DNA of 64,000 nt, taken from NCBI RefSeq assembly GCF_009914755.1, contig NC_060935.1; one strand, written 5' to 3'. The translations under genes were made by a program, and so were the position numbers. Below, one piece after another: positions 19,088-40,534 of the stretch. Origin of the DNA: the human T2T-CHM13v2.0 reference genome, Homo sapiens. The notes beneath the pieces are model-generated. The model was not told the origin of the DNA and searched no databases. It was given only the letters and a program-made list of their open reading frames with translations. The first letter of the stretch is position 1. Each line of letters starts with the position of its first letter.

Positions 19088-19485
19088 CTGATATAAAAAT
19101 TAAAATATGAAATGCTGAGTTTCAGCTTTTTACAAAAAGAAAATTTTAATGCAAAACTTTCCAATGGAAAAAAAATACGTTTGAGAAAAAACCTAGATTA
19201 CCGACAATTTCCATCATATTCTTGTTGACTGAAGCAATTTTTACCTATCTCATCAATGTCTTATATGTGTGTCACTGTTTTTTAATTAATATATACACAT
19301 AAAATGCATAGAAAATGTCTGAAAAGTGACAATAAAACTTTTAAAAATAACTCTTTTACAATTCCAAATCTCTACAACTTACATCTTATCAAAGACTCAA
19401 TTTTAACAATTAAAACACAGCCCATTCTACCAATTTTACATTTAAATTCAAAGCAATATTCAGAAATAATTATGATTTGGTTTAC

Positions 19486-19715
19486 CTTTCTGTATGCATC
19501 ACATACAAGGATCATCTCATGTAAAAGTCTCCCATCTGGAGTTGTTTTAGGAACAATTTCCCAAAATACCAGAAGTAATTTCTTGATAGTGTGATCCTGA
19601 AGAGGTAGCACAAAACGAATGATGGTCATCAGAAGTCCAGGAAGTTTTTCACCATTCAGAATCATAATGATTACTTTCTTCAAAGCTTCAGTCTTTGACT
19701 TTACATCTCCTTTTT
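19486..19715 (-). CDS. COPB1: COPB1 exon 3 ([34 protein letters not shown]...DAYRK)
   Basis: 230-nt exon, AG/GT; contained in ORF 19372..19788. Confidence 0.97.
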
Positions 19716-20879
19716 CTGAATCAAAAATTTTTTTAAAAAAAAGCACAATTATTTCAAAAGAAAATTCATCACATAAATTTAAAAGCAATTAACAAAATAA
19801 AATGTACCTTCTTACTTCAGTATCAGCAATGGTAATAAAAGTACAAACCCAAGTGACAAGGTTCTCCACCTGGTTCTCCACCAAATAATCTGTCTTTGCT
19901 CAAGTCATTTATCTCTGGAAATCAGACTCTTTATATATAATATGAAGGCGCTGGATTAGATTTCTGGTTCCTAACCAATTGAGTTAATGCAGGCTCCATG
20001 AATCTACAGTCATACCAAGTAAACGTGTTTCAAAACACATATAGCTATTTTTCAAAATGTAAATACATACTATTAATTGATTTTGAATTCAAAACAGCTT
20101 TTAGCTATTTGTGTGCATTTTAACAAAGTTAAAACTACTATTATGGGAGGATAAATATGTAACTTTTTTAACATTAGAAAGAGAAACGTCATACTCAAAA
20201 AGGCTGAAAACTAAAGTAGTGGATTATTTCTAAAATCTCATCATAGTTCTGCAGGCAGGCTGTAAAACTTTAGAATCTTTCTTAAGATATCATCTGGAAA
20301 ACTGGGAGGTAATTCAAATGTTCTAGATTAGTAGTCATTATTTAGAATTAAGGATGACACATTAAAGATAAAATGCTAGTTTACTGTTATTTAGCCTAAA
20401 AACTCTGCAACATAAAGTATTTTACGCAAAACTATCTAAAATTTCACACCATTATCATTGCATACTGAAGAATTTATAGTACTAAAAATCTTCTGGATCC
20501 AAAACTCAAAGGCAGAGAAGTATGTAGTAGCACACTGTACTACAACTGTTTAGATCATCAAAATAAATGAATTATCTTGGGAAGGGGAGAACAAAGAATG
20601 ATTACAAGTCTTCAATAACCTTAGGGCCATTATGAGGAAAAGAACTACAACTAATGGGTAGTAGTTACCGGGAACCAGATTTGGGCCTAAATATGAGAAA
20701 TACATTTCTAATGATTAGAGCTAAGCGGCTATGAAACAGAGTTCTGAGCGTCAGATGCGGTGGTTCATCTGGCCCACAGAACTCTTCATTTAATAGCCAC
20801 TTAAAATTTTTGTATTTTTACTAGAGATGGGGTTTCGCCATGTTGGCCACGCTGGTCTCGAACTCCTGAAGTCAAGTGA

Positions 20880-20969
<90 letters not shown>

Positions 20970-21609
20970 TAAACTGGAGAGTATGTATTTATTTATTGGT
21001 TGGAGGAAGGTAGCTAAGGCAGCTTCAATTAAGACTAGGGCATTGTTCCAACTAAGGGCAGATTTTATTCTTTACCTTCCTAGCTATAACCTTAGGTATC
21101 CTGAGGATCTAACAATGAAAATTTTTAAATTATGAGGAAAAACACTAATGAATGTATTCACTATTTTGCATTCAACTATCCTACATGAACATGAAAAAAG
21201 GGAAATATATGTGGCTTATGTATATAATGGTATCATTTTAAATATCATAAAACTGGGTTTCTTTTCCCTTCTCTAAAAATAGACCTCAATAGAAACCTAG
21301 TATTAAGTAACCTAGAATCAGGAGGTATTCCATTACTGCTGATTAAGAAGTGGGAATAGGCAAGTAAAATATTAAGTTTCTTTTCAAACTGCAAACTATC
21401 TTCTAAAAGATCCTTTCTATATTTGAAGCATAATTTTCACTCTGCTCTGTTTAAACAATATTTATCAGTTTAAGTTGTATTTATTTTTAGCAGTTCAATT
21501 AAACAAGAATCATTACTTTGGAAAGCATATTAATTATAAATTTTTTTTTTCTTGACAGAATCACTCACAAAAAGGAGACACGGTATACATTTTTAAAATT
21601 CAGAAATAT

Positions 21610-23600
21610 GATAAATTTAGTAAAGTTCCAGGACACAAAATCAACATACAAAAATCAGTAGCATTTCTATATGCCAACAGTGAACAATCTGAAAAAGAAA
21701 TTGAAGAAGTAATCTAATCCCATTTACAATACCCACAGATAAAATTAGATACCTAGGAATTAATTTAACCAAATAAATGAAAGATTTCTACAATGAAAAC
21801 TATAAATACTGATGAAAGAAATTGAAGAGAACATCAACAAATGGAAAGATATTCCATGATCATGGATTAGAAGAATCAGTATTGTTAAAATGTCCATACC
21901 ACCCAAAGCAATCTAGAGTCAATGCAATTCCCATCAAAATACCAATGACATTCTTCACAGAAAAAAAAAAAAAATCCTAAAATTTATATGGAACCACAAA
22001 AGACCCAGAATAGCCAAAGCTATCCTAAGCAAAAAGAACAAAACTGAAGGAATCACATTACTTGACATCAAATTATCCTACATAGCTACAGTAACCAAAA
22101 CAGCATGGTACTGGCATAAAAACAGACATAAAGACCCATGGAAAATAACAGAACCAAGAAACAAATCCATACACCTACAGTGAACTCATTTTGACAAAGG
22201 TGCCAAGAACATACATTGGAGAAAAGACAGTCCCTTCAATAAATGGTGCTTGGAAAACTATGTGCAGAAGAATGAAACTTGTCCCCCATCTCTCAACTTA
22301 CACAAAAATAAAATCAAAATGGATTAAAGGCTTAAATCTAAGACTTTAAACTATGAAACTACTACAAGAAAATATTGGGAAAAATCTCCAGGACGCTGGT
22401 CTGGCCAAAAATTTCTTGAATAATACCCCACAGGCACAGGCAACCAAAGCAAAAACGGACAAATGGGATCACATCAAGTTAAAAAGCTTCCGCACAGCAA
22501 AGGAAACAATCGACATACGTGATGAGACAACCCACAGAATGGGAGAAAATATGTGCTAACTACCTATCTCACAAGGGATTAATAACCAGATATGTAAGGA
22601 GCTCAAACAACTCTACAGGAAAAAAAAAAACTCATAATCTGATTTAAAAATGGGCAAAAGATTTGAACAGACATTTCACAAAGACATACAATTGGCAAAC
22701 AGGCATATGAAAAGGTGCTCAACATCACTGATCATCAGAGAAATGCATATCAAAACTACAATGAGATATCATCTCACCCCAGTTAAAATGGCTTTTATCC
22801 AAAAGACAAGCAAAAACAAATGCTGGAGAGGATGTGGAGAAAAGGGAACCCTCGTACACTGTTGGTGGGAATGTAAACTAGTATACCCACTATGGAGAAC
22901 AGTTTGGAGGGTCCTCAAAAAACTAAAAACAGGGGTACCATACGATTCAGCAATCCGACTACTGGGTATATATCCAAAAGAAAGGAAATGAGTACATCAA
23001 AGAGATATCTGGACTCCTATGTTTGTTGCAGCACTGTTTACAACAGTCAAAACTTGAAAGCAACCTAAGTGTCCACCAACAGATAAATGTATAAAGAAAA
23101 TGTGGTACATATACACAATGGAGTACTATTCAGCCATAAAAAAAGAATGAGATCTTGTCATTTGCAAAAATATGGATGGAACTGGAGGTCATTATGTTAC
23201 ATGAAATAAGTCAGGCATAGAAAGACAAACTTCACATGTTCTCACTTATTTGTGGAAGCTAAAAATCAAAACAAACTCACGGAGACAGAGTAAAAGGATG
23301 GTTATCAGAGGTGGGAAGGGTAGTGGTAGGGAAGTGGAGATGGTTAATGGGTACAGAAAAAATGAGTTAGACCCGATATTTGATAGCACACAGGGTAACT
23401 ACAGTCAATAATAATTTAATTGGACATTTAAAAATAACTGAAAGTGTAACTGGATTGTCACACAGAAGACAAATGCTTGAAGGGATGGATACTCCATTTT
23501 TCCATGTGATAATTATGTATTGCATGCCTGTATCAAAGCATTTCATGTACCCCATAAATATATACATCTACTGTGTACCCCCAAAAATTAAACATTACAA
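21610..23600 (+). mobile_element. 5'-truncated L1 (L1MA-like), ORF2 3' part plus 3' UTR
   Basis: ORF2 C-terminal peptides ([29 protein letters not shown]); candidate TSD AAA(A/G)TTCAGAAATAT at 21595 and 23601. Confidence 0.9.
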
Positions 23601-24113
23601 AAAGTTCAGAAATATAGTTGTTTTCTTATTTGCAAAAATGCATAAAAAATGAAAAGGTAAACTTTTCTGGAAAATACATGTTTATTCCAGTGTTCACCTA
23701 ATTGTTTGGGTGGGTAATCCAAAGAACAAAGTTCTTTTGGTTTTACAAGCTAAGTAACATGAAGTTAAGTGCACGATGGAATTAAGATATTCCAATACAC
23801 ATCCTCAACCTGTTGCCTAGAGAAAATAATCAGCCACATTAATATATTGAAGTCTACAAAAATTATGACATTTTGAGGAATATCTAAACTATTACAATTT
23901 CTTTAGGTTTACTAAGATAAACTGAGATGTTCTATTTCAAACAACCAATATTTAAAGAAGTTCGCATTTTTAATAAAAGGTCTATCGAAGAGATCCTAGA
24001 AAAACTTTAGACAAAAATTAAGCATTTCTAATTATAAAGGAATATGAAATATGAGTTTTTTATTTTTGTTTTTTCTTTTTTCATTTCATTCTCAAAATAA
24101 TATCGAAGTTTAC

Positions 24114-24204
24114 CTAGATCATTTTTTAAGCTAATTTCAGATGGTGGTTCTGAATCCATTGGCACGTTAATTAACGTGTAGCATACGTTCTCAGCCGCCG
24201 TCAT
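24114..24204 (-). CDS. COPB1: COPB1 first coding segment in exon 2 ([30 protein letters not shown]); exon begins at 24261
   Basis: ACCATG start at 24204, GT donor after 24114, AG acceptor before 24261 leaving 57 nt of UTR. Confidence 0.96.
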
Positions 24205-24649
24205 GGTTTCTGGTTATATTATAACCAATCCTTGACACAAGATTTAAGGATGCCAGAAAATCTAGAAAAATAAACACAGACATATCATTACAAATTAAAA
24301 AAAAAAACCCACAAACAAGTACCTATAGTGACCTTTTAAAGTATTAGAAAGGGCAGGTCAATCTATATCGTGTTCCCATAAAAATAAATTCTAGTAAAAA
24401 CCACATTATCAGCTCTGGCATAAGGTATATTATCTATCACTCCCTCATCGCATCCCGGTCCAGTGTTTGAGAATGCTGTATAGCCGAATGAAGGCCCACA
24501 GAACAGTGACAGTCCCCCCAGCCACACCCCACAATGTTATGGACCGTATGGTTTTTACACAACACACAATCTGCATGCTCAAGTTAAGAGACCTTGTGCC
24601 TGAATACTCTGCCAAAACCCTAAAGCGCTTTATCGCGGTCCTTGGTGGG

Positions 24650-25230
24650 TTCCGACTCTATGTCCGCGGGTCCCTTAATCAACGCGCTGCACCCCCACCT
24701 CGCCCCACCCGCTTCCTCCTCCCCTTCCTCCAGCAAAGCAGCCCTAGGCCTGAAAGGGTACGCCTAGGGGTCTTGGGAGGGAAAAGACCCCCGGCCAATA
24801 CAAAGGACGGGATGGAGCGTCCGACCCGGAGCTTCCTAGCCCTCCGCCCCCACCCCGACCCGCACCCCCACCCGTACCCCCACCCGGTCCCTTCTGCCAG
24901 GCCCAGACGCAAGCGGCCTAGTCGCTCCCCTTCCGCATCTTCCAGCTAGAAAGCCAGTTCTTCCGACTCTGCCCGACCCACCACGCCTCTGGGACTGGGG
25001 GCTTGTGGCCCACTACCAGGCTCCGAGGGGCAGTGGTTTGGTGCAGCCGCGGATCCGTCTACTGCGGCTCCGTCTACTCCGGCTATGAACCGCAGCAGCG
25101 GCGGCGGCGGCTCCAGAGTCCTTGGCTGACGTGGAAGGGGGTGGGGTAACGACCGAAGCCACAGCCACCTAGCACCTACGGCGACTCAGAGAGGACATGC
25201 TTTCTTTGTGCAGCGCTTGCGCGCTGCAAG
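24650..25230. promoter_or_regulatory. CpG island / COPB1 promoter, with TGACGTGG at 25127-25134
   Basis: High GC and CpG density against an AT-rich background; short (GCG)n run. Confidence 0.85.
24982..25130 (-). other. COPB1: COPB1 non-coding exon 1 (TSS approximate; candidate donors after 24982 GTG|GTGGGT and 25017 CTG|GTAGTG)
   Basis: Lies in the CpG-rich region upstream of exon 2; donor-like motifs present; TSS not resolvable from sequence. Confidence 0.6.
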
Positions 25231-27282
25231 TATATCCTATTTTCTTCCTCTTCTCTTGTCCAGGGTTTGATTAGGCCGCAGAGCAATGAAACCACGTATT
25301 TTCTAGTTTTCCCTGCAAGCCAAGCTCTGAGTTAAGCACTATGCTAATTTAAACGCTAACTGGAAATCGTTCCTTCTTCAGGAACAGTCAAGGGGAGAAA
25401 GTGCTTGGAGAGAGGGAAACTTTTACAGGGCTCTGTTCCCGTGAAAAAGAGCTCTGGACTAGAAAGTGGAAACCCAGTAATCCTTTTTCTTGTCCACACC
25501 CTAATAAACTGGGAAAGTAACTAATACTATTGGGAAGGTAATTCAGTTATTTTATTAATTATCACTAGATTAAAATCCATTTCAGTTCTTAACATCGCTA
25601 GTAGTTTGAATCTGCCTCTCTGCAGGTAGGGCTGGAGTTATTTGAAAATCCAAAGTCACATTGGTATAATTTCTGCTTTTTATTTAATAATGGCCTCTTT
25701 CCGTGATCCTTTCTGAGCACCCAGTAGATTAGAAAAAATTTTTATGCATAAAGGGAGACAGTCACTGTTTTAAAGGATTTTACGTATCTCCAAAGACCTG
25801 TTACAGCTGCAATCAGCCATAGTACTTTCGGTTTTGCCCATTTGAAGTTCCATAGCACGCCCCGCCCCTACACCTCCCTCTGCCCACAAAAGGGTTTTAT
25901 GGCCAATTATTAATAACAAAATATCTTAAAGCTTAAGCAAAATACTGCGAATAAAAACAGATCTGACGGCAACTGCCCTAGTTAACAGGTTCATCTCAGG
26001 AAGATGGAACACCAATAGTACCTCATTTATGTAGGATCTAGCTCTTTTGAGCTTTCTCTTTTTAGAACCATCAAGCAATCTACAAATTCTTTGAGCACCC
26101 AAAATTGTATTCAAAGGCCATGTGTTGACAGCACTTTAAGAGTGCCTCTCTGATTCTGTGCATTCATTTTTTTTAATATTTAATCTTAATGGTAGAGTGA
26201 CATGAATACAGAGATCCCATATACTCTTTACCTAGTTTCTCCCAATGGTAACATCTTGCATAGTTATAGTACAATATCAATTTCAGGAAATTGACAGACA
26301 TAATTCACCCAGCCTTGTTCAGACTTCACTAGTTTTACATGTACTCGTTTTTATATTCACTTGTAGACAATTTTATCATGCTTATATGTGTGTAATCACC
26401 AACACAGTCGAGACAGAACAGTTCTATCACAAGGATTCTCATGCTGTCCTTTGATAGCCATAGCCACCTCCCACACTAACCTGTGGCAACCACTAATAAT
26501 TCTCTATGATTTTTATCATCTCAATGTTATATAAATGGAATTATACAATGTAATCTTTTGAGATTGGATTTTTTTACTGAGCATAATTCCCCTGAGATCA
26601 ATCCCGGGTGTGTGTACAACAGTTTGTTCCTTTTCTGTGTATTCGTTTTTAACATGGAAGTTTTACAAATGCAGTTATCTGGTTTCCAAGCCCACTTAAC
26701 TTACCAAAAAGTGACAATCTGTCAGCAAGAAATGAGGCCAAAAAAGGTATAAAAACTAGATTTACAGTAAGAAAGCTCAGTTTAGGGCCATCATGGTGTA
26801 GGACTTAAACCGTACAGACTTCATTTGCCCCAGAGGTTCATTCTGTTACAGAATAACTTTGAGGTTTCTCATGACCCCAAGTCATTAAGTTCTAAATATG
26901 AAAAGGCAAGAAAATGTAATGTTTTACATATTACTTTAGTTAGATCTGAACCTACAATTGTCATTGGCAGTGCATATATTTTTCCATATTCTTAAGTACA
27001 AAGCTTTTTGAATGGGTATAAGGACCTTAATATTAACCTCATTAACTCTTCCTGATCTGTTGTAAAATACACTTTGTTTGGGCTGTTTTACTCTAAGATG
27101 TAATTATATAATTTTGAATGCCTTTAAATTATAAATGCAGAGCAAAGACCTTGTCATTTTATCAAGGACCATAGAAATTGTGGTATCTAAAAAGTCAAGG
27201 CCTAGAGAATAGGGACTTGCCCCAAATCATGTAATGGCCAAACACTGAGTTAGAACTAGGACCTGAATCCTGTCATCTACGT

Positions 27283-29679
<2,397 letters not shown>

Positions 29680-30170
29680 TAAAAATGGTTCTGCAATACC
29701 TGAGTATGCCACTCATGGGAATAACAGAAGGCAGCCTAAAGATCATGCTGGAGTGGGGCTGGAGAGGATAAAAGGTTTGGGATTACAATTTCCCATGTGT
29801 TGTTTTTACAGAAGTTCCCTTCAAAGACCAGAGCTACAACTACTGCCATTTGCTGGTTGGAAAGAAAACCATTCATATGATAACTGATGCTTATATCAGG
29901 AAGTGGTGGTTTCTTAAGTTTTAATTAAAATCACCACAGTTGAACCCTGAAATTTGTATTCTAAACCAAATCTCCATGGATTCTCATGCAGCCAGTTCAT
30001 ACACTGGAGAACTGTTATAAGGCTATGACAGATAAGAGGTATTATTTTTCTCCATCACTAAAAATAAGGCAATTTAATTAGGCAAATGACCAGTTGTAAT
30101 CCCAGACTACTATATAGAGTTGAAGCTACTTAAAAAAACAAAAACCCAATATACCAGGCGGTGAAACAAT

Positions 30171-30176
30171 TTTATT
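30171..30176 (-). terminator. PSMA1: PSMA1 polyadenylation signal AATAAA
   Basis: TTTATT on + strand about 290 nt past the stop codon, with T/GT-rich sequence further downstream on the - strand. Confidence 0.7.
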
Positions 30177-30467
30177 TCACAGTTGTCTTTAAAACCACAA
30201 AGACACCTATGTTCTTCATATAAAAACATTAGTATAGATACCCATACTTTCTAGAAAATGATTATACAGACCCTTTCAAAGAAAAATGTATTCCATTATA
30301 TAGGTTTCAGTGAGGTTGCTTGGAAAAAACTCACATCTGGACTGATTCCTAAAACATAGCATTCCACCACTCTGCAACTTTTGGTTCAAAGTATAGATTA
30401 TTGTCATCAGTATGTGGTGCCTGTATTCTTACATATTTGATAATACATATATAGACTGGCTTATCAC

Positions 30468-30524
30468 TTAATGTTCCATTGGTTCATCAGCCTTTTCTGC
30501 AGGTTCATCAGCAGGTTGAGCAGG
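30468..30524 (-). CDS. PSMA1: Proteasome subunit alpha type-1, last coding exon (PAQPADEPAEKADEPMEH*)
   Basis: 57 nt ending in TAA; total CDS 792 nt = 263 aa. Confidence 0.97.
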   Translation of the reverse strand, partial: PAQPADEPAEKADEPMEH

Positions 30525-30748
30525 CTTAACAGGGAAAGAAAAAAAGAAAATATGTAAAATGAACACTTGATCAATATACACATCTAATCACAAATATTAC
30601 GTTATTAAAAATTGAGAAAAAGGGGTAAAGAGATATTCTGAATACTCAGTTTTAGTTCACTGTCCTGTTAACATTTCTGAGCAGTATTTTTTTTCTCCTT
30701 GAGTGCTCATGATTTGAGGGAATAAAGATTTTTTATTTAAAAAAAATA

Positions 30749-31465
30749 CAGTTGGCTCGAACAACAAAGGTTTAAACAGTGAGGGTCCACTTATATGCAG
30801 ATTTCTTTTTCTTTTTCTTTTTCTTTTTTGTTTGCTTTTACTCTAACATTGTTTAGGGTGAAGCTTTTTTTTGTTTGTTTGTTTTCCAATAAATATAAAC
30901 TAGCAGACCAACTGTGTAGCCTAGAAATATAAAAAAAAAGAGTAAGAAAAAGTTAGGTATGCCGAATGCATAAAATATATGTAGAAAATAGTCTATTTGG
31001 TCGGGTGCAGCAGTTCACACCTGTAATCCCAACACTCTGGGAGGCTGAGGCATGAGGATTGCTTAAGCCCAGGAGTTTGAAACTGGCCTGGGCAACACAG
31101 TGAGATCCCATCTCTACTAAAAAGAAAAAAAATGTGCTGGGCATGGTGGCACACACCTGTAGTTTCAGCTACTTGGTGGCGCGGGGGAAGGTAGGAGAAT
31201 CGCTTGAGCCCAGGAGTTCAACCTTGCAGTGAGCTATGATGGCACCACTGCACGCCAGCCTGGACAAGAGGGCAAGACCTTGTCTCAAAAAACAACAAAA
31301 AAGAAACTAGTCTATTTATGTGTTAATTGTCAGTTTATGTTATCAGTAAGGCTTCCAGTCAACAGCAGGCTATCAGAAGATTTTTAGGAGTCAAAAGTTA
31401 TATGTGGATTTTCAACCATGCTGGGGTTTGGCACCACTAAACCCCACACTGTTCGAGGATAACTG
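30749..31465. mobile_element. Tigger2-family MITE with both TIRs and an inserted Alu (about 30999-31305)
   Basis: TA-CAGTT...TCGAACA ... TGTTCGAGGATAACTG-TA. Confidence 0.75.
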
Positions 31466-31959
31466 TATATATAATTTCACATTTCTGAAAACCTAAATAT
31501 CATTGAACAATTCCACCATTTTATCGTACTTTGCATTGCTCAGGAATAAAAGCTTTCCTTGTATTATCACTACTATGTTTAAAATACAATCAGCACTTTT
31601 TAGACATTCTTTTCCCCTTTGCCAAACTAGTTTGTGGTATTCCACAGCATTCTTCCCAACAGTGCTAGTTTTTACCAAAAACAGTTTAAATATTGCAAAT
31701 CTTGATCCCCCAAATAGTACCAACAATATCCTTTCCAAGTTAAAAAAACTCATGCTGTAGAAATTTCCATACTAGATTCTTTTTTACTTTCAATTACACT
31801 GCTATCAAATAAGCATCTATAAATAGCAAATGTATATTCTAAACATCTAGCAAAAAGACCCATATTTCACCTGAGATTCACTTCTTGATGCTTTTCTCTT
31901 TATGAAGAGCCATCTTAGTGTCCAAAGCTGGCCCCCAATGAGCATTTCTCCCAGTCTCT

Positions 31960-32420
31960 GCTCAAACAGAATCTGGGCCAGGCCAGTGACTCACTTTAAC
32001 CAACAGAATGTGTACAAGTGATGTTGTGCCAGTCCTGCATCTCAGCCTTAAGAATGCCTGGCGGCTTTCACTTCTGACTTTTGCAAGCCCTGAGTTGCCA
32101 ATATGCTAGAGAGACCCTGCTGAAGAAGCGGCCCTGAAACTACGTGGACAGAGGCTCAGTCATCCTAGCAGAGGTCTCTGCCTTCTAGATGCTCCTCTAA
32201 GACACCTAAAAGGTGTGAGTAAAGAAGACATGTGACTGAAGTTATCTTGGGTGTTCCAGTTGCACCCCACAAATGACTGCAATGTTTGAGAGATCCCAGG
32301 TGAGACCAGCAAAGAACCATGTAGGTGAGCCCCAGTCAGCCGCAAAATTGTGAGAAGTAGTGTTTGTTGTTCTAGCCCCTAAGTTTTGGGGTAGCTTATT
32401 ACCTAGCAATAGATAACCAA
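31960..32420 (+). mobile_element. MLT1-type (MaLR) LTR fragment
   Basis: CCAACAGAATG...TAAGTTTTGGGGTAGCTTATTACCTAGCAATAGATAAC. Confidence 0.65.
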
Positions 32421-32844
32421 ATAATCAACACTTCTCCCTTTTTGTGTTTGTTTTTTTTTTTTGAGACAGAGTCTCTCTCTGTCGCCCAGGCTGGAGGGCA
32501 GTGGTAGGATCTCAGCTCACTGCAACCTCCGCCTCCCGGGTTCAAGCGATTCTCCTGCCTCACCTCCTGAGTAGCTGGGACTACAGGTGCATGCCATGAC
32601 GCCCAGCTAATTTTTGTATTTTTAGTAGAGACGGGGTTTCACCATGTTGGCCAGGATGGTCTCCATCTGTTGACCTCGTGATTCACCCGCCTCGGCCTCC
32701 CAAAGTGCTGGGATTACAGGCATGAGCCACCGCACCCGGCCCCCTTTTTGTGTTTATGGAGATCACTGCCCTTTCAATATTTAACTTTACTCAGTTCTTA
32801 ATTTTCCTGTTGCCATTTGAATTATGGGCCCATTTCAATATTTA

Positions 32845-33135
<291 letters not shown>

Positions 33136-33449
33136 TTATATAGCATTTGAATAAAACCTTAAAAACCACTTATGTGTAGGAGAAAAAAGAAGGAAACTAG
33201 TGGACCCTTGTCATTTGCAGATTTAATATTAATACTAACTTTTGATTATCATGAGTAACTCCAAAGATCTATGTTATCTAGAAACATTTTTTTAAAAAGA
33301 TAATGCAGGCTATAAAGTCTTCACATTGATATTAAACAATAATTATCCAATCACCATAACAAAATGGCTTTATAAAACTGACTAATCTCACTTTATTAAT
33401 GATCATTAACTTCAAGTAGGCCTTAGTGGTTCCTGGATCCCACTATACC

Positions 33450-35890
<2,441 letters not shown>

Positions 35891-36138
35891 TATATATTTT
35901 TGTTAACTAAATAATACCAAGATATGCCAATCTGCTGAAAATAATGAAGGACATTTTGCATGAAATTTACTGGTTTTACTGCTTTGTACCAAAAAGAAAT
36001 GTTTAAAAAATAAAATTGGATTACTTAGCAAATAGCTTAAAGGAAAAGAATCTGCCAAGACAATCATATCCCAAATTACAGAATGTTGTATATATACTCC
36101 ATTACATTTATGCAATAAAGGTTTAAACTGTAACGTTA

Positions 36139-36276
<138 letters not shown>

Positions 36277-36589
36277 TTAATTTCATTGTTATGCTAGGCT
36301 TCTGTTATTTATCAAATCTACAGTCTCAAATTGTGGTTTTTAGTTACACACTAAATTTATCACAGTAAAAACAGCCAAGTTTAATGCTAGTCATATAATC
36401 TTTTAATAGCATTCTATGACATTGCTGATTCTTATTTTATTTAATGAGAGGACTCATGATTTTTGTTACGATTTTGATCTTCTCTTTTGCTAGGTCAAAT
36501 CAAAATCCCGACTATAAATTATACAACTCCAAGTTTTGTAGAATGTGTTCTGTAGAATCCTAGTCCTTATATTTGCTCATTGTAAAAAG

Positions 36590-37800
<1,211 letters not shown>

Positions 37801-37814
37801 AATTTCCTATCCAG

Positions 37815-38120
37815 GTTGAAATGTGCTAGGCAGAGGGTGCTGATATGAGCAGTTCTGAACCAAACTTTGGACACTGAGTTTCTAATGAGCTTCTCTGGGC
37901 AGAAACATCACATACATATTGCTGCAAGTGTACTCTGTGACTCCTTATGGGAAGGAAAGAGCATAAGGAAGCCTGCACATAGATTCCTCTGGACTGTATT
38001 TTTCCTTAATGATCCACCTATGTACTGTTATTTTATTGTTAAAAGTCTTACCTGGGAGTACAACTATATGCTGTGCGCTTTAAGTCCTAGCATATCTCCA
38101 AATTTAGGGGTAACCTTGGG
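37815..38120 (+). mobile_element. MER21-like LTR fragment
   Basis: CACTGAGTTTCTAATGAGCTTC...CTTGGGGACCCC. Confidence 0.55.
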
Positions 38121-38861
38121 GACCCCAAACCATTTACCATAATTTACAATGTTAAACTTTAAGCCAGCATTTACCAAGCTTATTTGTCCAAGGAATCCTC
38201 TTTTCCCAAAGTTAAACCTATTGTCATCCCACAAGTTTGCTTTGAGTAATGTCAATTAAACTATTTTTCTCTGCATTCACTAAACCCCAAATATTTCCTC
38301 CAAAGAATGCTTTGTCACCAGAAAACAGATAAGATGACAAAGAGAAATGTAAAACCCGATACCCTCCTTCCAATGCAAAGCAAAGCACTTGAAAACCTGT
38401 CCTGTCATAACATCTTACCTCTTTTACCTTCTTCTCCCTCAACTACACTGCCTTTTTATTTCTTGTTTATGGACTACTAATGCAGAAATGTCTGTGTGGC
38501 TTAAAATAACAAAAGACTCACAGAAAACTAAAAGTGAACAGAGCTTACAACTGGCAGGTAGTACAGTGGTTCTCCACTCTCCACTCCACAGGGCACACTT
38601 CTGACCAAATGAATCAAGAATTTTCAAGGTTGGGAACACATTTATATTTTGAAAAAGTTCTACTCGTGCTTGAAACTACTGTGGTAACCAGAAGTTAAGA
38701 TTAGTATATGTGACAGAAACAATAAACTCTTCATGGGCATAATTTTTTTTAAAAAAATTCTTTCTATAAGACTTACAGTTTTATGCATTTAGGATACTAT
38801 GTTTATTTACTATATAGACTGGAAAAGGCAAAAAAAAAAAAAAAAAAAAGCAAGGCTGTCA

Positions 38862-38996
<135 letters not shown>

Positions 38997-39086
38997 CTAC
39001 AAATAGAAATAAATACACCACATAATTATTTACTTTGGTTGAACTAAAAATTATAAAAATTTCTAGTTAATTAAAAAAAATCATTA

Positions 39087-39844
<758 letters not shown>

Positions 39845-40534
39845 CTAAATTGTTTGATTTCACTTCAAATTCTTCCAAGCGTTTACATGGATAACATCCA
39901 TATAAGAAAAACAGAAGGTAAGAAAGACATGCCTGCAAGGGTGCGTTTTTGTGCTAAACTCTGGAGCCACATAAGGTTTTTAAAAAAGACTGAAACATTT
40001 TTTAGCTCTAGAAAATCTTTGTATCAGAGCACTTATGGAACAGAGAAGAGAAGGCTGAACAAAAGAAAAACAGCAACCTCTCTTCTCTTATCCTTCCCAC
40101 TGTCAGCAAGCTTGTCGTAATTCTAGATCTCGAACCAGCAAAAAGATTATCTACTCTGTCCTTTTTTCTTGAAAGCAGACTAACATTTCTCCAAAAGAGC
40201 AAATATAAGAAATGGAAAACACAGCAGGGGGGATCTTTACGTGTTTCTGCCACTGTTACTTCTATTCATAAGAAGCACTCTAGAGGAGATACTGGACACT
40301 AGCCGCTGAGTCTCACTGTTAAATCTGATGAAATTCAAGCAAGGTTAACATTGGGGAGAAGAGAATTTATGCCTATAAATAAGATAAACAAGAAATGGAT
40401 ATGCTCCTTTTTCTCAATGTTGCTTTGTCCAGTATATGCGTATGTCACATCTGATCATCACATGGTTGACTACAGGAACCAAGCTATTTGTTCAGTACTT
40501 ATATTTAAGTCCATTTCCCAATGCTGCCTAAAAG

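Noticed and set aside
22353-22991. ORFs resembling L1 ORF2p C-terminus
   Set aside because: Fragments of a 5'-truncated, frameshifted old L1; not a gene.
24211-24227. Palindrome TGGTTATA-T-TATAACCA just upstream of the COPB1 ATG
   Set aside because: Short and AT-rich, weak hairpin; no support for function from sequence alone.
24467-24949. 160-aa + strand ORF (and 77-aa - strand ORF) in the COPB1 CpG island
   Set aside because: Low-complexity product of GC-rich repeat sequence with no recognisable domain.
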